Source of the DNA: an uncultured Thermoleophilia bacterium | GTDB taxonomy: Bacteria > Actinomycetota > Thermoleophilia > UBA2241 | NCBI GenBank assembly: GCA_963715985.1 | Contig: CAVQSP010000011.1 | Span: 256,001 to 320,000, forward strand | Length of the DNA: 64,000 nt | Direction: 5' to 3' | Part shown: positions 27,712-39,042 of the stretch, one piece after another | Layout: every line of letters starts with the position of its first letter | How positions within the stretch are numbered: the stretch's first letter is position 1 | Notes under the pieces: generated by a model | Seen by the model: the letters and a program-made list of their open reading frames with translations, nothing else | Database searches by the model: none | Told to the model about the DNA's origin: nothing | Program-made: the position numbers and the translations under genes

Positions 27712-29051
27712 GCGGCCGCGTGCGCTGGGGACTGCGGCCCAAGCTGGTCATCGCCTTCGTGGCCGTCGCTCTGCTCGGCGCCGTGGTCACGACCGCCTGG
27801 GTCAGCCTCAGCCTCACGTCGCACCTGGAGGCGTCGGCCCGGGCCCGCATCCAGAACTCCGCCACCCACTTCGGCGACGTGGCGGCCGTTGTGTCCACGG
27901 ACGGGCGCTGGGACCAGCAGAGCATCGAGACCCTGCACCACCTGGCGCAGATCGACTTTCTCGCCGTGCAGCTCTACGACGCAGCAGGCCGTGAGGTGTT
28001 CTCGCATCCATCCTCGGCGCCGGTGGAGCCCGGGGCGGCGGCCTCGGCGCCGGTCATGGCCGGCGACCGTCAGATAGGCCGGGTCACCGTGAGCCGCGAC
28101 GACGGCCGCCTCTTCACGGAGGAGGAGGTGCAGCTGCGCAGCCAGCTGATCGGCGCCACCGTGCTGGCCGGGGTGGCGTCGGCGGCCATCGCCCTTGGCG
28201 TGGCGCTGTACCTCGCGCTCACGCTGTCGCGCCCGCTGCGGCGCATCCGCGCCGGCGCCGAGGCCATGGGCGCCGGCGACCTGGACGTGCGCGTGCCGGA
28301 GAGCGGCGACGCCGAGATCAGTGCCGTGGCCGAGGCGCTGAACCGCCTCGCCGAGACGCTGCAGCAGGAGGAGGGCCTGCGCAAGGAGAGCGTCGCCGAC
28401 CTGGCGCACGAGCTGCGCACGCCGGTGATGGGTCTGCTCGGCCGCATCGAGGCCGCCCAGGACGGCGTGCTCGCCGACGAGGCGGCCAACCTGGCGGCCA
28501 TGCACGATGAGGCCTTGCGCCTCACGCACCTGCTCGACGACATCTCGGCCCTGGCCGACGCGCAGCGACCCGGCCTGCTGCTCGAGCTCGAGCCGGTCGA
28601 CCTCGCCGAGGTGGCCCGCACCCAGGTCGACGCCTTCAGCGCGGCGTTCGCCGACAAGGACATCGCGTTCGCCGCCGCCCTGGAGCGCGCCGTCGTCGAC
28701 GGCGAGCCCCGGCGGCTCGAGCAGATCGTCGTGAACCTGCTGTCCAATGCGCTGCGCTACACCGACGCAGGCGGGCGCGTGGACGTGAGCGTGCGCCCAC
28801 AGCACGACCTCGCCCTGCTCGAGGTGCGCGACACGGGCATCGGCATCTCTGCCGAGGACCTGCCCAACGTCTTCACGAGGTTCTGGCGCGGCGAGAAGTC
28901 GCGCTCTCGAGCCACAGGCGGTGCGGGCATCGGGCTCTCCATCGTCCGCGAGCTGGTCCGCGCGCACGAGGGCGACGTGACCGTGGAGAGCGTGCCGGGC
29001 GAGGGTTCCACGTTCCGCGTGACGCTGCCGCTCTCCACGCAGGACGAGTGA
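27708..29051 (+). CDS. BaeS-like sensor histidine kinase
   Basis: GTGA overlap with the regulator; two TMs, HAMP, AHELRTP, NLLSNA, DTGIG, GAGIGL. Confidence 0.92.
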   Translation: MSGRVRWGLRPKLVIAFVAVALLGAVVTTAWVSLSLTSHLEASARARIQNSATHFGDVAAVVSTDGRWDQQSIETLHHLAQIDFLAVQLYDAAGREVFSHPSSAPVEPGAAASAPVMAGDRQIGRVTVSRDDGRLFTEEEVQLRSQLIGATVLAGVASAAIALGVALYLALTLSRPLRRIRAGAEAMGAGDLDVRVPESGDAEISAVAEALNRLAETLQQEEGLRKESVADLAHELRTPVMGLLGRIEAAQDGVLADEAANLAAMHDEALRLTHLLDDISALADAQRPGLLLELEPVDLAEVARTQVDAFSAAFADKDIAFAAALERAVVDGEPRRLEQIVVNLLSNALRYTDAGGRVDVSVRPQHDLALLEVRDTGIGISAEDLPNVFTRFWRGEKSRSRATGGAGIGLSIVRELVRAHEGDVTVESVPGEGSTFRVTLPLSTQDE

Positions 29052-29108
29052 GGGCGGCGGCGGGAACGACGGCACGACGGACGCGCCCGCGGCGGCGAGA
29101 GCGGCGCC

Positions 29109-30107
29109 TCAACCTCCGGAGCCGGGCAGCAGCCTGACGGTCCAGCCCGTGAGGGCCCGCTGCCACTTGACGGCGCCGGGCCGGACCAGGTGGCTGATGT
29201 CGAAGAAGTCGGTGCTGGTGAGGTCCGGAGCCAGCTGGAAGTCGAGGAACCTCACGTGGAGCTTGCCGGCCACGCGCCTGCAGCCGCGCGAGAGCGCCGC
29301 CCGCTCTGCGGCCAGCTGGTGGCCCACGACGGCCCGGTTGAGCGGCAGCTGCACGAGCACCGGCCGCAGCCCCCGTTCGCGACAGGCCACGACGAGCTTC
29401 GCCAGAGCGCGGAGGTTGGCCGCCTTGAAACGGCGGAACCGGCCCGTGCGCGACAGCTCCCAGTGGACGACCCGGGCCGCCTTGGACGCCGACGACCTGG
29501 CCGGCCGCGTGTCGTAGTAGTGACGGACCCAGTGGCTCAGCCTGGGCCGATGCCCCGGCTTGAACGCCGCCGGTCGTCCGAACGGGCCGCGCACCGGCGG
29601 CCCCACGAAGCGGCTCAGACTCACACCGATGAGCGCGAGCCCGCGCAGCGACGGCAGCTCCTCGATGAACCGGCGGTCGGTGCGGAAGGTCTGATCGTGG
29701 CTCGCCAGCGTGAAGGCGCGCACCGGGACGCCGCGGCGACGGAGCTCGCGCGTCCAGTCCGCGTCGCTGACCACAGACTCGCGCGCCGTGGAGTCACCCA
29801 GGTAGAGGACCACGGGGTCGCGAGGCGGCCGCGCGCGCAACAGGCCGACCACCTGCCAGGCGTGGCGCCACTCCCCCACCTTGAGCTTCGGGTCGACCAG
29901 CGGGCCCGGCTTGGGCGTCGGGGCGCCCGTGCGGTCCGGCGAAGCCGCGGGTGAGGGCGATCGCTCAAGCGCGGACACGTCCGGCCCAGAGGGGGACGGC
30001 GTGCCGCACCCGGACAGGACGCCGGGCACCAAGAGGCACACAGCGACAAGGCCGGCGACGCGGCTGGACAGGCGCAGCCGGCGCTTGCGAGGGGACGCGA
30101 GGGGCAT
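29109..30107 (-). CDS. SGNH/DltD-like lipoprotein
   Basis: Lipobox LSGC; LGDST; FFDISHL; leaderless (TATCAT 6 nt before the ATG). Confidence 0.7.
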   Translation of the reverse strand: MPLASPRKRRLRLSSRVAGLVAVCLLVPGVLSGCGTPSPSGPDVSALERSPSPAASPDRTGAPTPKPGPLVDPKLKVGEWRHAWQVVGLLRARPPRDPVVLYLGDSTARESVVSDADWTRELRRRGVPVRAFTLASHDQTFRTDRRFIEELPSLRGLALIGVSLSRFVGPPVRGPFGRPAAFKPGHRPRLSHWVRHYYDTRPARSSASKAARVVHWELSRTGRFRRFKAANLRALAKLVVACRERGLRPVLVQLPLNRAVVGHQLAAERAALSRGCRRVAGKLHVRFLDFQLAPDLTSTDFFDISHLVRPGAVKWQRALTGWTVRLLPGSGG

Positions 30108-30195
30108 GCGAGCATGATAGGCGGCGAAGTGGCCGCCGTCACTCCGGCCCCGACCGCGTTGGACCGCCCCCGGCCCCGCTGATACCGTGCTCCGA

Positions 30196-32859
30196 GTGAG
30201 CACCGTGGAGGACGCCATCACCGCTCCGCTGCCCGGCCTGACGGACGAGGAGGCCGCGCGCCGCCGCGCCGCCGGCCAGGGCAACGACGTGGAGGTCCGC
30301 GCCGGCCGCAGCTACGGGCGCATCGTCCGCGACAACGTCTTCAACTTCATCAACAACCTCTTCTACTTCCTCGGCATCCTGCTGCTGATCCTGGGCAAGC
30401 CGCTGGACGCCTTCGCCGTGGTCTTCGTGATCGGCGCCAACACCGTCATCAGCCTCTTCCAGGAGATCCGCGCCAAGCGCGTGATGGACAAGATGGCGAT
30501 CCTCCTGCGTCCCAAGGCCGACGTGGTGCGCAACGGCCTCGTGGTGGAGCTCGACCCTTCGCTCGTCGTGCTGGGAGACGTGCTGCGCGTGCAGCCCGGC
30601 GACCAGGTGGTGGTGGACGGCCCCATGGTCGGCGAGGGCCGCATGGAGGTCGACGAGTCGCTGCTCACCGGCGAGTCGGACCTCGTCACCAAGCACCCTG
30701 GTGACGAGCTTATGTCGGGCAGCTTCTGCATGACGGGCGGCGGCTACTACGAGGCACAGCGCGTCGGTCTGGACAGCTTCGCCAACAAGCTCACCGCCAA
30801 GGCCACCGCCTACAAGCGCGAGCTCACTCCGCTGCAGAGGCAGGTCCTGCAGATCGTCCGCGTGCTGCTGATCGTCGTGATCGTGTTCGAGATCCTCGTC
30901 TGGGTGCGCAACGTGGCCGGCGGCGTTCCTTTCGTGGAGAGCGTGCGCATGTCCACCGTCATCCTGGCGCTGATCCCCAACGGGCTGGTGCTCTCGATCG
31001 CGCTCACCTACGCCCTGGGCGCCGTGAGGCTGCTGGGCAAGGACATGCTGGTGCAGCAGTTCAACGCCGTGGAGAGCCTGAGCAACGTGGACGTGCTGTG
31101 CACCGACAAGACGGGCACGCTGACGTCCGGCGTCATCGCCTTCGAGGAACTGCAGCCGCTGGGCGCCGAGGAGGCGCGCGTAGCGACCCTCCTCGGCGCC
31201 TTCGCGGCCAGCACCACGGACGCCAACCGGACCATCGAGGCACTGCGTACGGCCTACCCGGCGGAGCGCGTGCCGGCCGCGTACGAGGCCTTCTTCTCCT
31301 CCGAGCGCAAGTGGAGCGGCCTGGCCTTCGCCGACGGCGAGGCGCGCGGCACGTACGTGCTCGGTGCGCCCGAGATGCTGGCCCCGGCGCTGCGCGCCGG
31401 GGCCGACTGGCGCGGGCGCGCCGACGAGTGGGCCGCGCGCGGCCTGCGCGTCGTGATGTTCGCCGGGCGGGGCGAGGCGCTCGCCTTCAGCGAGCCGGAC
31501 GCCCCGCCCAACCTGCCGGCGGAGCTCGACGCGCTCGCCCTGATCTGCTTCAGCGACGAGCTTCGCCCGGGCGTGCGCCAGACGCTGCAGGAGTTCTCGG
31601 AGGCGGGCATCGACGTCAAGATCATCTCCGGCGACAACGCCCGCACGGTCACGGCGCTGGCTACTCAGGCGGGCCTGCAGACGCTGGCCCGCCCCGAGGG
31701 CGTGGACGCCTACTGCGACCTGTTGCACGCGCGCTGGGCGGCCGAGGAGGCGGCCGGCGACACGGCCGGTCCGGCGGCAACGGCCGCCGCCGCGGACTCG
31801 GCGGCGCAGCCGGGTGTAGCCCGCGAGCTCGTCTCCGTCTCGGGACAGGAGCTCGAGGCACTGGCGCCCGAGCAGTTCGCGGCCACGGCCGACGAGGCCA
31901 GCGTGTTCGGCCGCGTCACGCCCGAGCAGAAGCAGGACCTCGTTGAAGCCCTGCGCGGCCGCGGGCGCTACGTGGCCATGATCGGCGACGGCGTCAACGA
32001 CGTGATCGCCCTCAAGCAGGCCAACGTGGCCGTGGCGATGCAGGGCGGCAGCCAGGCGGCGCGCAGCGTCGGCGACCTCATCCTCATGAAGGACACCTTC
32101 GCGCCGCTCCCCTTCGCCTTCCGGGAGGGCCAGCGCATCATCAACGGGATGAACGACATCCTGCGCATCTTCATGGTGCGCATCTTCTTCAAGGCCGCGA
32201 TGATCGCCATCGTCATGTCGATCGGAGGGTTCCCCTTCGCCCCGCGACAGTCCGCCCTGCTCTCGTTCTTCGGTGCCACCGTGCCGGCCATCGCCTTCGC
32301 GCTCTGGGCGCAGCCGGGGCCGACGCCCAAGGTCGGACTCTTCAAGCTCCTGGCGCGCTTCGTCCTGCCCACGGTCGTGTTCATGGCGGGGATCGGGACG
32401 GCCGTGTACATGGTCTGGGCCATCCCGGCCGAGCACGTCGTCACGACCGTGGCCGGGACCACGGAGAAGGAACTGGCCGAGAGCGGCTACCCGCCGGCGA
32501 TGACGGCGCTCACCATCTTCGCCTGCTTCGCCGCCATCTTCCTGATCATGCTCATCGTGCCCCCCAACAAGTGGTGGGCCGGCGGCGCGCCCGTGGTGCG
32601 GCGCGACATGCGCATCGTCGGCGTCGTGATCTTCCTGTTCGCCTGCATGGCCGTGGTGCTGGCCGTGCCGCTGGGACGCACCCTGTTCGAGCTGCAGACG
32701 CTGCCCGCGTGGCAGTACTTCGTGCTGCTGGGGCTCGCATTCGCGTGGAGCCAGCTGTGCCGGCTGGTGTGGTGGTCGCGCATCCTGGACCGCTGGCTGG
32801 GGACCGCCGAGGACCCGGGCAACCTGTGCGCCAAGGCGCTCGCGGCGAAGCGGGGGTGA
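30196..32859 (+). CDS. P-type ATPase (CtpE-like)
   Basis: DESLLTGES, DKTGTLT, SGDN, GDGVND; leaderless GTG after TGATACCGT. Confidence 0.92.
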   Translation: MSTVEDAITAPLPGLTDEEAARRRAAGQGNDVEVRAGRSYGRIVRDNVFNFINNLFYFLGILLLILGKPLDAFAVVFVIGANTVISLFQEIRAKRVMDKMAILLRPKADVVRNGLVVELDPSLVVLGDVLRVQPGDQVVVDGPMVGEGRMEVDESLLTGESDLVTKHPGDELMSGSFCMTGGGYYEAQRVGLDSFANKLTAKATAYKRELTPLQRQVLQIVRVLLIVVIVFEILVWVRNVAGGVPFVESVRMSTVILALIPNGLVLSIALTYALGAVRLLGKDMLVQQFNAVESLSNVDVLCTDKTGTLTSGVIAFEELQPLGAEEARVATLLGAFAASTTDANRTIEALRTAYPAERVPAAYEAFFSSERKWSGLAFADGEARGTYVLGAPEMLAPALRAGADWRGRADEWAARGLRVVMFAGRGEALAFSEPDAPPNLPAELDALALICFSDELRPGVRQTLQEFSEAGIDVKIISGDNARTVTALATQAGLQTLARPEGVDAYCDLLHARWAAEEAAGDTAGPAATAAAADSAAQPGVARELVSVSGQELEALAPEQFAATADEASVFGRVTPEQKQDLVEALRGRGRYVAMIGDGVNDVIALKQANVAVAMQGGSQAARSVGDLILMKDTFAPLPFAFREGQRIINGMNDILRIFMVRIFFKAAMIAIVMSIGGFPFAPRQSALLSFFGATVPAIAFALWAQPGPTPKVGLFKLLARFVLPTVVFMAGIGTAVYMVWAIPAEHVVTTVAGTTEKELAESGYPPAMTALTIFACFAAIFLIMLIVPPNKWWAGGAPVVRRDMRIVGVVIFLFACMAVVLAVPLGRTLFELQTLPAWQYFVLLGLAFAWSQLCRLVWWSRILDRWLGTAEDPGNLCAKALAAKRG

Positions 32860-32887
32860 CGAGGGCCGGCCGGATCTGACGACGCGT

Positions 32888-33310
32888 CTACTCAGACGCC
32901 GCGACGATCGACGCGAGCAGCTCGTGCGGGTCGACCACAGGGACGGTGGCGTTTGCGAAGCCGGCACCGTCGCGGGTGACGATCGCCGCGGCCCCGGCAC
33001 TGCGCGCGGCTTCGTGGAGCACTGCGTCCTCGAAGTCCTCGAACTCGAGGTCGAGCGCCCGGTCGAGCACGTCCCGGTCGACGGGAGCGATCGCGAAGAG
33101 CGCCAGCACTCCGTGGACCTGCCTGTGAGCGCGGGTGCGCCCGAAACTCTTTGCCGCGATGCAGAAGATGGTCGTCACCGTCGTGGCGCAGATCATGCCG
33201 TCGACGCGCTCGTTGTCCACGAGCGCGAACAGCTTCGCGGCGACGCCGACATGAGGCGCTCTGTCCAGGAGTACGTCGAGGACGACGTTGGTGTCGAACA
33301 CCACCTTCAC
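32888..33310 (-). CDS. PIN-domain (VapC-like) toxin
   Basis: VFDTNVVLD, DFEDA, IVTRD. Confidence 0.9.
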   Translation of the reverse strand: MKVVFDTNVVLDVLLDRAPHVGVAAKLFALVDNERVDGMICATTVTTIFCIAAKSFGRTRAHRQVHGVLALFAIAPVDRDVLDRALDLEFEDFEDAVLHEAARSAGAAAIVTRDGAGFANATVPVVDPHELLASIVAASE

Positions 33311-33549
33311 CGGTACTTCTCCTCGAGGTGGCGGCGATAGTCGGCCTCCGTGACCGTGGCCCCCTTCAGGGAGCCGATGAGGTCGCGGACCCGCGGGGTG
33401 ATCTCCGTACCGGGGATCTCCTCATCCGCGTCGATGAGCGCGAAGTAGTCGGCGACGAGTTGCGAGACCGACTTGCCCGACCTGCGGGAGTGGCGCTTGG
33501 CGATGCTGATGAGCCGCTCGTCGAGTCGCAGTGTCAGTTTGACGTTCAC
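33307..33549 (-). CDS. DUF6364-like RHH antitoxin
   Basis: KLTLRLD..AK....GKSVSQLV.DY..HLEEKY; GTGA overlap with the toxin. Confidence 0.85.
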   Translation of the reverse strand: MNVKLTLRLDERLISIAKRHSRRSGKSVSQLVADYFALIDADEEIPGTEITPRVRDLIGSLKGATVTEADYRRHLEEKYR

Positions 33550-33559
33550 GCGAGCCTCC

Positions 33560-33592
33560 TGACGTATGAATCGTACCTCATAGTATACGTCA
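33560..33592. promoter_or_regulatory. Inverted-repeat operator in the toxin-antitoxin promoter
   Basis: TGACGTAT-N17-ATACGTCA with an inner TATGA/TCATA pair, immediately upstream of the RBS. Confidence 0.6.
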
Positions 33593-33677
33593 TGAGGCCT
33601 CGACAGAAACGTGCGATCTCAACGAGGGGCGACCCGGCGAGGGCCGAACGGAAGCCGAGAGGGCGGCCTGACGCCAG

Positions 33678-34355
33678 TCAGGCGACGCCGGCCGCCGGGC
33701 AGATGCTCGCCAGCGGGCACTCGCCGCAGGCGGGCCGCCGCGCGTGGCAGATGCGGCGGCCGTGCCTCACGAAGTCCACGTGCACGGCGTAGATCTGCGG
33801 CGCGTCGCCGGCGCCCGCCAGCTCGGTGAGCAGCGGGTGCGCCTGCTCGGCGGTGACCTTGTCACCGATGACGCCCAGCCGCCGGGCCACCCGGTGCACG
33901 TGCGTGTCCACCGGCATCACCGGCCGCTCCAGCGAGAACAGCAGCACGCAGGCGGCCGTCTTGGGGCCCACGCCGGGGAGGCCCGTCAGGTACGCCTGGG
34001 CCTCCTCGTCGCTCATTTCATCCAGCACGTCCAGGTCGGGCGCCCCGGAGGGCGCACTGATGGCCTCGAGGATGCGCTTGATGCGCGGCGCCTTGGTGTG
34101 CGCGAGGCCGCCCAGAGCGATGGCCTCCTCGATCTGCTCCGCCGAGGCGTCGCGCGCCGCGACCCAGTCGGGGAAGCGCGCCTTGAGCGCGGCGAAGGTG
34201 CGCTCGGTGTTCACATCGGCGGTGTTCTGCGAGAGCACCGTGAAAACGAGCTCGTCCACCGGCGGGTACCTGGGCGAGAGCACCGGACGACCGTAGAAGT
34301 CGTCCAGGAGGGCGGTAGCCCGGGCGAGCTGTTCTCCGGGTGACGGCGCGTTCAC
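33678..34355 (-). CDS. Endonuclease III (HhH-GPD) family DNA glycosylase
   Basis: LSQNT, LPGVGPKTA, VDTHVHRV, C-x6-C-x2-C-x5-C; leaderless GTG after TGATAGGCT. Confidence 0.92.
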   Translation of the reverse strand: MNAPSPGEQLARATALLDDFYGRPVLSPRYPPVDELVFTVLSQNTADVNTERTFAALKARFPDWVAARDASAEQIEEAIALGGLAHTKAPRIKRILEAISAPSGAPDLDVLDEMSDEEAQAYLTGLPGVGPKTAACVLLFSLERPVMPVDTHVHRVARRLGVIGDKVTAEQAHPLLTELAGAGDAPQIYAVHVDFVRHGRRICHARRPACGECPLASICPAAGVA

Positions 34356-34439
34356 GGCGCCAGCCTATCATCGTGGTTCTGCCACGCGCAGGCGGGGAAC
34401 CACAACGGTGAGGAGTGTCCACGCGAGGGGGTGATCACC

Positions 34440-34754
34440 ATGAAAGGTATCCTCGTCTTCGGCGGTTCGGGACCGCTCATCATCCTCAGCTCGTATCCCT
34501 CGATCGACGACCCCGACCTCATCGCCAAGCTGCGCGCCAAGGGCCTGCAGAAGTTCCTCGCCTACGAGATCCCCATCGACCGCTGCCGCGACCTGTACGG
34601 CTACACGTATCGCGACATCGTGGAGGACCTCCAGGAGCACGACGACATGCGCGTGCTGGACTTCGACGGCCACCGCATCTTCCTCAACGTCTCGCTACGC
34701 GGGCTGGGCCGGGGGATCGTGTTCGAGGACGAGAGCGTGACGGAGGCCGCTTGA
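34440..34754 (+). CDS. Small hypothetical cytosolic protein
   Basis: Strong GC3 bias and an RBS; GSGPLIILSSY..RVLDFDGHRIF. Confidence 0.75.
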   Translation: MKGILVFGGSGPLIILSSYPSIDDPDLIAKLRAKGLQKFLAYEIPIDRCRDLYGYTYRDIVEDLQEHDDMRVLDFDGHRIFLNVSLRGLGRGIVFEDESVTEAA

Positions 34755-34864
34755 CGGCAGGGGGTCAAGCTCTGCCCGGAGAACGAGAGCCCCAGGCCGG
34801 GCCGGATGCCGGGCCGAGATGGTAGCCTGACGGGCATGCGTGCGATCTTCGCGTGCGAAGCGCC

Positions 34865-37800
34865 ATGCTGAGCAGCTGGCGCTTCTGGATAGACCGCGGC
34901 GGCACCTTCACGGACGTGGTCGCCCGCCGCCCCGACGGCCGCCTCGTGGTACGCAAACTGTTGTCTGCAGACCCTCGCTACGCGGACGCGGCCGTGCAGG
35001 GCGTCCGCGACCTGCTCGGATTGGGCGCCGGCGACGAGCTCCCGGCCGGCGCCGTGGCCGAGGTCCGCATGGGCACCACCGTGGCCACCAACGCGCTGCT
35101 GGAGCGGCGCGGCGAGCCCACGGTGCTCGTCACAACGCGCGGGTTCGGCGACGCGCTGCGCATCGGCTACCAGGACAGGCCGGACATCTTCGCCCTGGAC
35201 ATCCGCCTGCCTGAACCGACCTACGAGCGTGTGATCGAGGTGGACGAACGCCTGGGCGCGGACGGGAGCACCGTGCGCCCGCTCGACGAGGAGGCGGCGC
35301 AGCTGGACCTGGAGGCGGCCCGCGCCGCCGGTTACGACGCCGTGGCCGTGGTCTTCATGCACGGCTACCGGTACCCGCAGCACGAGCGGCGCGTGGCGGA
35401 GCTGGCCCGCGTCGCCGGCTTCTCGCAGGTATCCGCGTCTCACGAGACGGTGCCCCTGATGAAGCTCGTGAGCCGCGGCGAGACCACGGCGGTGGACGCG
35501 TACCTCTCCCCCATCCTGCGCCGCTACGTGGACGGCGTGGCGGCGGAGCTGGGGGCGACGGAGCCGGACGGCGCCCGCGGGTCGCGAGGCGTGCGCCTGC
35601 GCTTCATGCAGTCCCACGGCGGCCTCACAGACGCGCACCTGTTCCGCGGCAAGGACAGCATCCTTTCCGGGCCGGCCGGCGGCATCGTCGGGGCCGTGCA
35701 CACTGCCCGCGCCGCGGGCTTCGAGCGGCTCGTGACCTTCGACATGGGCGGCACGTCCACCGACGTGGCCTACTACGCCGGCGAGTACGAGCGCAGCCTG
35801 GAGACCGTTGTCGGCGGGGTCCGCCTCCGCGCGCCCATGCTGCGCATCAACACGGTGGCAGCCGGCGGCGGCTCGGTGTGCGCCTTCGAGGACGGCCGCT
35901 ACCGGGTGGGCCCGCGCAGCGCCGGCGCCGACCCCGGGCCGGCGTGCTACGGCAGGGGCGGCCCCCTCGCCGTGACCGACTGCAACGTCATCCTCGGCAA
36001 GCTCCAGCCGTCCTTCTTCCCGCACGTGTTCGGCGCGGATGGCGAGGGCCCGGTGGACGCGGAGGCGGCGCGCCGGGCGCTCGCAGTCGTGGCCGCGGGC
36101 ATGCGCGCCGACGGCATCGAGCCGCCGGCGCCGGAGCAGCTCGCCGACGACTTCATCCGCGTGGCCTGCGGCACCGTGGCCCGTGCCATCAAGCGCATCT
36201 CCACGCAGCGCGGGCACGACATCAGCGGCGCCGTGCTGTGCTGCTTCGGCGGCGCCGCCGGCCAGCACGCCTGCCTCGTCGCCGACGCCCTCGGCGTGAC
36301 CAGCATCCTGCTGCACCCGCTCGCAGGCGTGCTCAGCGCCTACGGGATGGGGCTCGCCGACGTGCGCACCCTGCGCGAGCGCACCGTGGAGGCGCCGTTG
36401 GCGGACGGAGGGCGAGACGAGGCCGGCGGCGAGCTCGATGAGACCCTCGCCGCCCTCGAAGCGGAGGCCGTCGCCGAGTTGGCGCTGCAGGGATTCGACG
36501 GTGCGGACGTGCTCGTGCGCCGCCGAGCCCACGTCAAGTACGCCGGCACCGACGTGTCGCTGGCGGTGCCCTGGGGGGCGCCGGCGGCGATGGCGGAGGC
36601 GTTCACGGCCCTGCACAGGGACCGCTATGGGTTCCTCATGCCCGGCCGCGGCCTGGTGATCGAGGCACTCGCCGTGGAGGCCGTGGGGCCGGGCGGAAGA
36701 GGCGATGCCGGGGGGCCGGACGAGGTGCCGGATGCGCTCACGACGCCCGCACCGGCCGTCTCCGGCGAGCCGCGCGAGCGTGTGCCCGTGTTCACGGCCG
36801 GCGCGTGGCACGAGGCGCCGGTGTTCGAGCGCGCCGTGCTGGCGCGCGGCGCGCGGCTCGAAGGCCCGGCGATCGTCTGCGAGCCGACCAGCACGACAGT
36901 GGTGGAGCCGGGATGGCACGCGGAGGTGCTGGGCGGCGGCGAGCTGGTGCTGCGCCGCACCTCGCCGCCGCCGCCTCCCTCCGCCGACCTCTCGCAGCGC
37001 TCCCCGCTCCTGCTGGAGGTGTTCAACAACCTCTTCATGTCCATTGCCGAGCAGATGGGAGCGACGCTGCAGAACACCGCCTGCTCGGTGAACATCAAGG
37101 AGCGCCTTGACTTCAGTTGCGCGCTCTTCGACGGGGACGGCGGACTCGTGGCCAACGCGCCACACCTGCCGGTGCATCTGGGGTCGATGGGCGCCTCGGT
37201 GCAGGCCGTGCTCGCCCGCCATCGCGGCGAGCTGTGCCCGGGTGACGCCTACCTGCTCAACTCCCCCTATGCGGGCGGCACACACCTGCCCGACCTCACG
37301 GTGGTCACGCCCGTCTTCGCCGCCGAGGGCTGCGAGCCGCTCTTCTTCGTCGCCTCGCGCGCTCACCACGCCGACATCGGCGGCATCACGCCTGGGTCCA
37401 TGCCGCCCGGCAGCCGGCACATCGCCGAGGAAGGCGTGCTCATCGAGGACTTCCGCCTCGTGGAGGGCGGCGCGCTGCGCGACGCCGAAGCCGCCGCCCT
37501 GCTCGCGTCCGGTCCGCACCCCGTGCGCGACCTTGCGCAGAACCTCGCCGACCTGCGCGCCCAGGTGGCCGCGAACGCGCGCGGCGTCGCCGAGCTCGAA
37601 CGCATGGTGCACGAGTTCGGCCTCCCGGTGGTGCTCGCCTACATGCAGCACGTGCAGGACAACGCCGAGGAGGCAGTGCGCCGGGTGATCGGACGCCTGG
37701 GTGACGGCACGTTCTGCCAGGAGATGGACGACGGCAGCGTGGTGGCGGTGACGGTCACCGTCGACCGCGGAGCGCGCACCGCCACCGTGGACTTCACCGG

Positions 37801-38566
37801 CACGTCGCCGCAGCGGGCGGACAACTTCAACGCCCCGGCGGCAGTGTGCACGGCCGCCGTGCTCTACGTCTTCCGCACGCTGGTGGACGCGGACATCCCG
37901 CTGAACGCCGGCTGCCTGAAGCCGCTGCGCATCGTGGTACCGCCTGGGTCCATGCTGGACCCCACCTTTCCCGCGGCGGTGGCCGCCGGCAACGTGGAGA
38001 CCTCACAGGCGATCACGGCCGCGCTCTTGGGGGCACTGGGCGTGGTGGCGGCCTCCCAGGGCACGATGAACAACGTGACGTTCGGTGACGAGCGGTACCA
38101 GTACTACGAGACGGTCTGCGGGGGAGCCGGCGCCGGGCCGGGTTTTGACGGCTGCAGCGCCGTGCACACGCACATGACCAACTCGCGCCTCACCGACCCG
38201 GAGGTCCTCGAGTGGCGCTTCCCCGTGCGCGTGGAGGACTTCGCCGTGCGACGCGGCAGCGGCGGCGGCGGCACACGCCGGGGCGGCGACGGCGTGGTGC
38301 GCCGCCTGCGCTTCCTGGAATCGCTCACGGCGGCCATCGTCTCGAGCAGCCGCCGGGTGCCGCCCTATGGGCTCGCCGGCGGCCTCCCGGGCGCACCGGG
38401 GCGCAACGCCGTGGAACGGGCCGACGGAGCGATCGAGGAGATGCCCGGCGTCGCGCAGACGGCGATGGGCGCCGGCGACGTGCTGGTCGTTGAGACGCCG
38501 GGCGGCGGCGGGTACGGCGCGCCGCCGAAAGAGACGGGCGGCGCGGAGCCGCCCGTCCGCCTCTGA
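34865..38566 (+). CDS. ATP-dependent 5-oxoprolinase / fused hydantoinase A+B
   Basis: [55 protein letters not shown]. Confidence 0.93.
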   Translation: MLSSWRFWIDRGGTFTDVVARRPDGRLVVRKLLSADPRYADAAVQGVRDLLGLGAGDELPAGAVAEVRMGTTVATNALLERRGEPTVLVTTRGFGDALRIGYQDRPDIFALDIRLPEPTYERVIEVDERLGADGSTVRPLDEEAAQLDLEAARAAGYDAVAVVFMHGYRYPQHERRVAELARVAGFSQVSASHETVPLMKLVSRGETTAVDAYLSPILRRYVDGVAAELGATEPDGARGSRGVRLRFMQSHGGLTDAHLFRGKDSILSGPAGGIVGAVHTARAAGFERLVTFDMGGTSTDVAYYAGEYERSLETVVGGVRLRAPMLRINTVAAGGGSVCAFEDGRYRVGPRSAGADPGPACYGRGGPLAVTDCNVILGKLQPSFFPHVFGADGEGPVDAEAARRALAVVAAGMRADGIEPPAPEQLADDFIRVACGTVARAIKRISTQRGHDISGAVLCCFGGAAGQHACLVADALGVTSILLHPLAGVLSAYGMGLADVRTLRERTVEAPLADGGRDEAGGELDETLAALEAEAVAELALQGFDGADVLVRRRAHVKYAGTDVSLAVPWGAPAAMAEAFTALHRDRYGFLMPGRGLVIEALAVEAVGPGGRGDAGGPDEVPDALTTPAPAVSGEPRERVPVFTAGAWHEAPVFERAVLARGARLEGPAIVCEPTSTTVVEPGWHAEVLGGGELVLRRTSPPPPPSADLSQRSPLLLEVFNNLFMSIAEQMGATLQNTACSVNIKERLDFSCALFDGDGGLVANAPHLPVHLGSMGASVQAVLARHRGELCPGDAYLLNSPYAGGTHLPDLTVVTPVFAAEGCEPLFFVASRAHHADIGGITPGSMPPGSRHIAEEGVLIEDFRLVEGGALRDAEAAALLASGPHPVRDLAQNLADLRAQVAANARGVAELERMVHEFGLPVVLAYMQHVQDNAEEAVRRVIGRLGDGTFCQEMDDGSVVAVTVTVDRGARTATVDFTGTSPQRADNFNAPAAVCTAAVLYVFRTLVDADIPLNAGCLKPLRIVVPPGSMLDPTFPAAVAAGNVETSQAITAALLGALGVVAASQGTMNNVTFGDERYQYYETVCGGAGAGPGFDGCSAVHTHMTNSRLTDPEVLEWRFPVRVEDFAVRRGSGGGGTRRGGDGVVRRLRFLESLTAAIVSSSRRVPPYGLAGGLPGAPGRNAVERADGAIEEMPGVAQTAMGAGDVLVVETPGGGGYGAPPKETGGAEPPVRL

Positions 38567-38572
38567 CTCAGG

Positions 38573-38866
38573 TCACATGTTCCTCGCCTGGCGACGCATC
38601 TCTCTCTTCTTGCGCTGCCTCAGGATCGCGCTCAGCACGAAACCGATCGCGAACCCGGCGACGAGCAGCACGATCAGCATGAGCCAGGCGGGGAGGGACA
38701 GCCACCAGAAGAAGAAGTGGAAGCGCCAGCTCTCCTTGGTGTTCTGCAGGATCAGGATGAGGATGACTACACCGATCACGCCGGCGACGATGAGCTTGCC
38801 GTAGCCTCCGCCGCTCGGCCGGCGGTCCCTCTGAGTCTGAACCTGTACCTCCGGGTTGGTGCTCAT
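38573..38866 (-). CDS. LapA/DUF1049 family small membrane protein
   Basis: TM-QNT-TM followed by a basic tail; GAGGGGG RBS. Confidence 0.8.
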   Translation of the reverse strand: MSTNPEVQVQTQRDRRPSGGGYGKLIVAGVIGVVILILILQNTKESWRFHFFFWWLSLPAWLMLIVLLVAGFAIGFVLSAILRQRKKREMRRQARNM

Positions 38867-38970
38867 GCATACCCCCTCGTGTCCGTCCGGACTAGGTTCG
38901 CCATTCTGTCCATCTACCCTTGGCGGGCCGCGGGCACGCCCCCCGCCCGCCCCGAGCAGGAGTTGAAGGA

Positions 38971-39002
38971 AGGGGCGGGGAGCCGCGCGGCTCCCCGCCC
39001 CT
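38971..39002 (-). terminator. GC-rich hairpin after the aminotransferase gene
   Basis: AGGGGCGGGGAGCC-GCGC-GGCTCCCCGCCCCT. Confidence 0.6.
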
Positions 39003-39042
39003 CGCGGTCGCTGTTCTGCGCCGGCGAGACCGCCGCGGCGCG

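Noticed and set aside
27012-29051. 679-aa receiver-kinase hybrid in the ORF track
   Set aside because: Produced by the +1 base at 27402. The intervening stretch is out-of-frame nonsense, while the DNA-binding domain lies in the next frame and ends at a normal GTGA overlap.
32888-33592. Toxin-antitoxin pair as marker of a prophage or integrative element
   Set aside because: No integrase, transposase, att-like repeats or tRNA nearby.
30139-37651. Long antisense ORFs (953 aa, 1016 aa and many similar across the window)
   Set aside because: Shadow frames of high-GC genes; no recognisable motifs, and they overlap well-supported CDSs.
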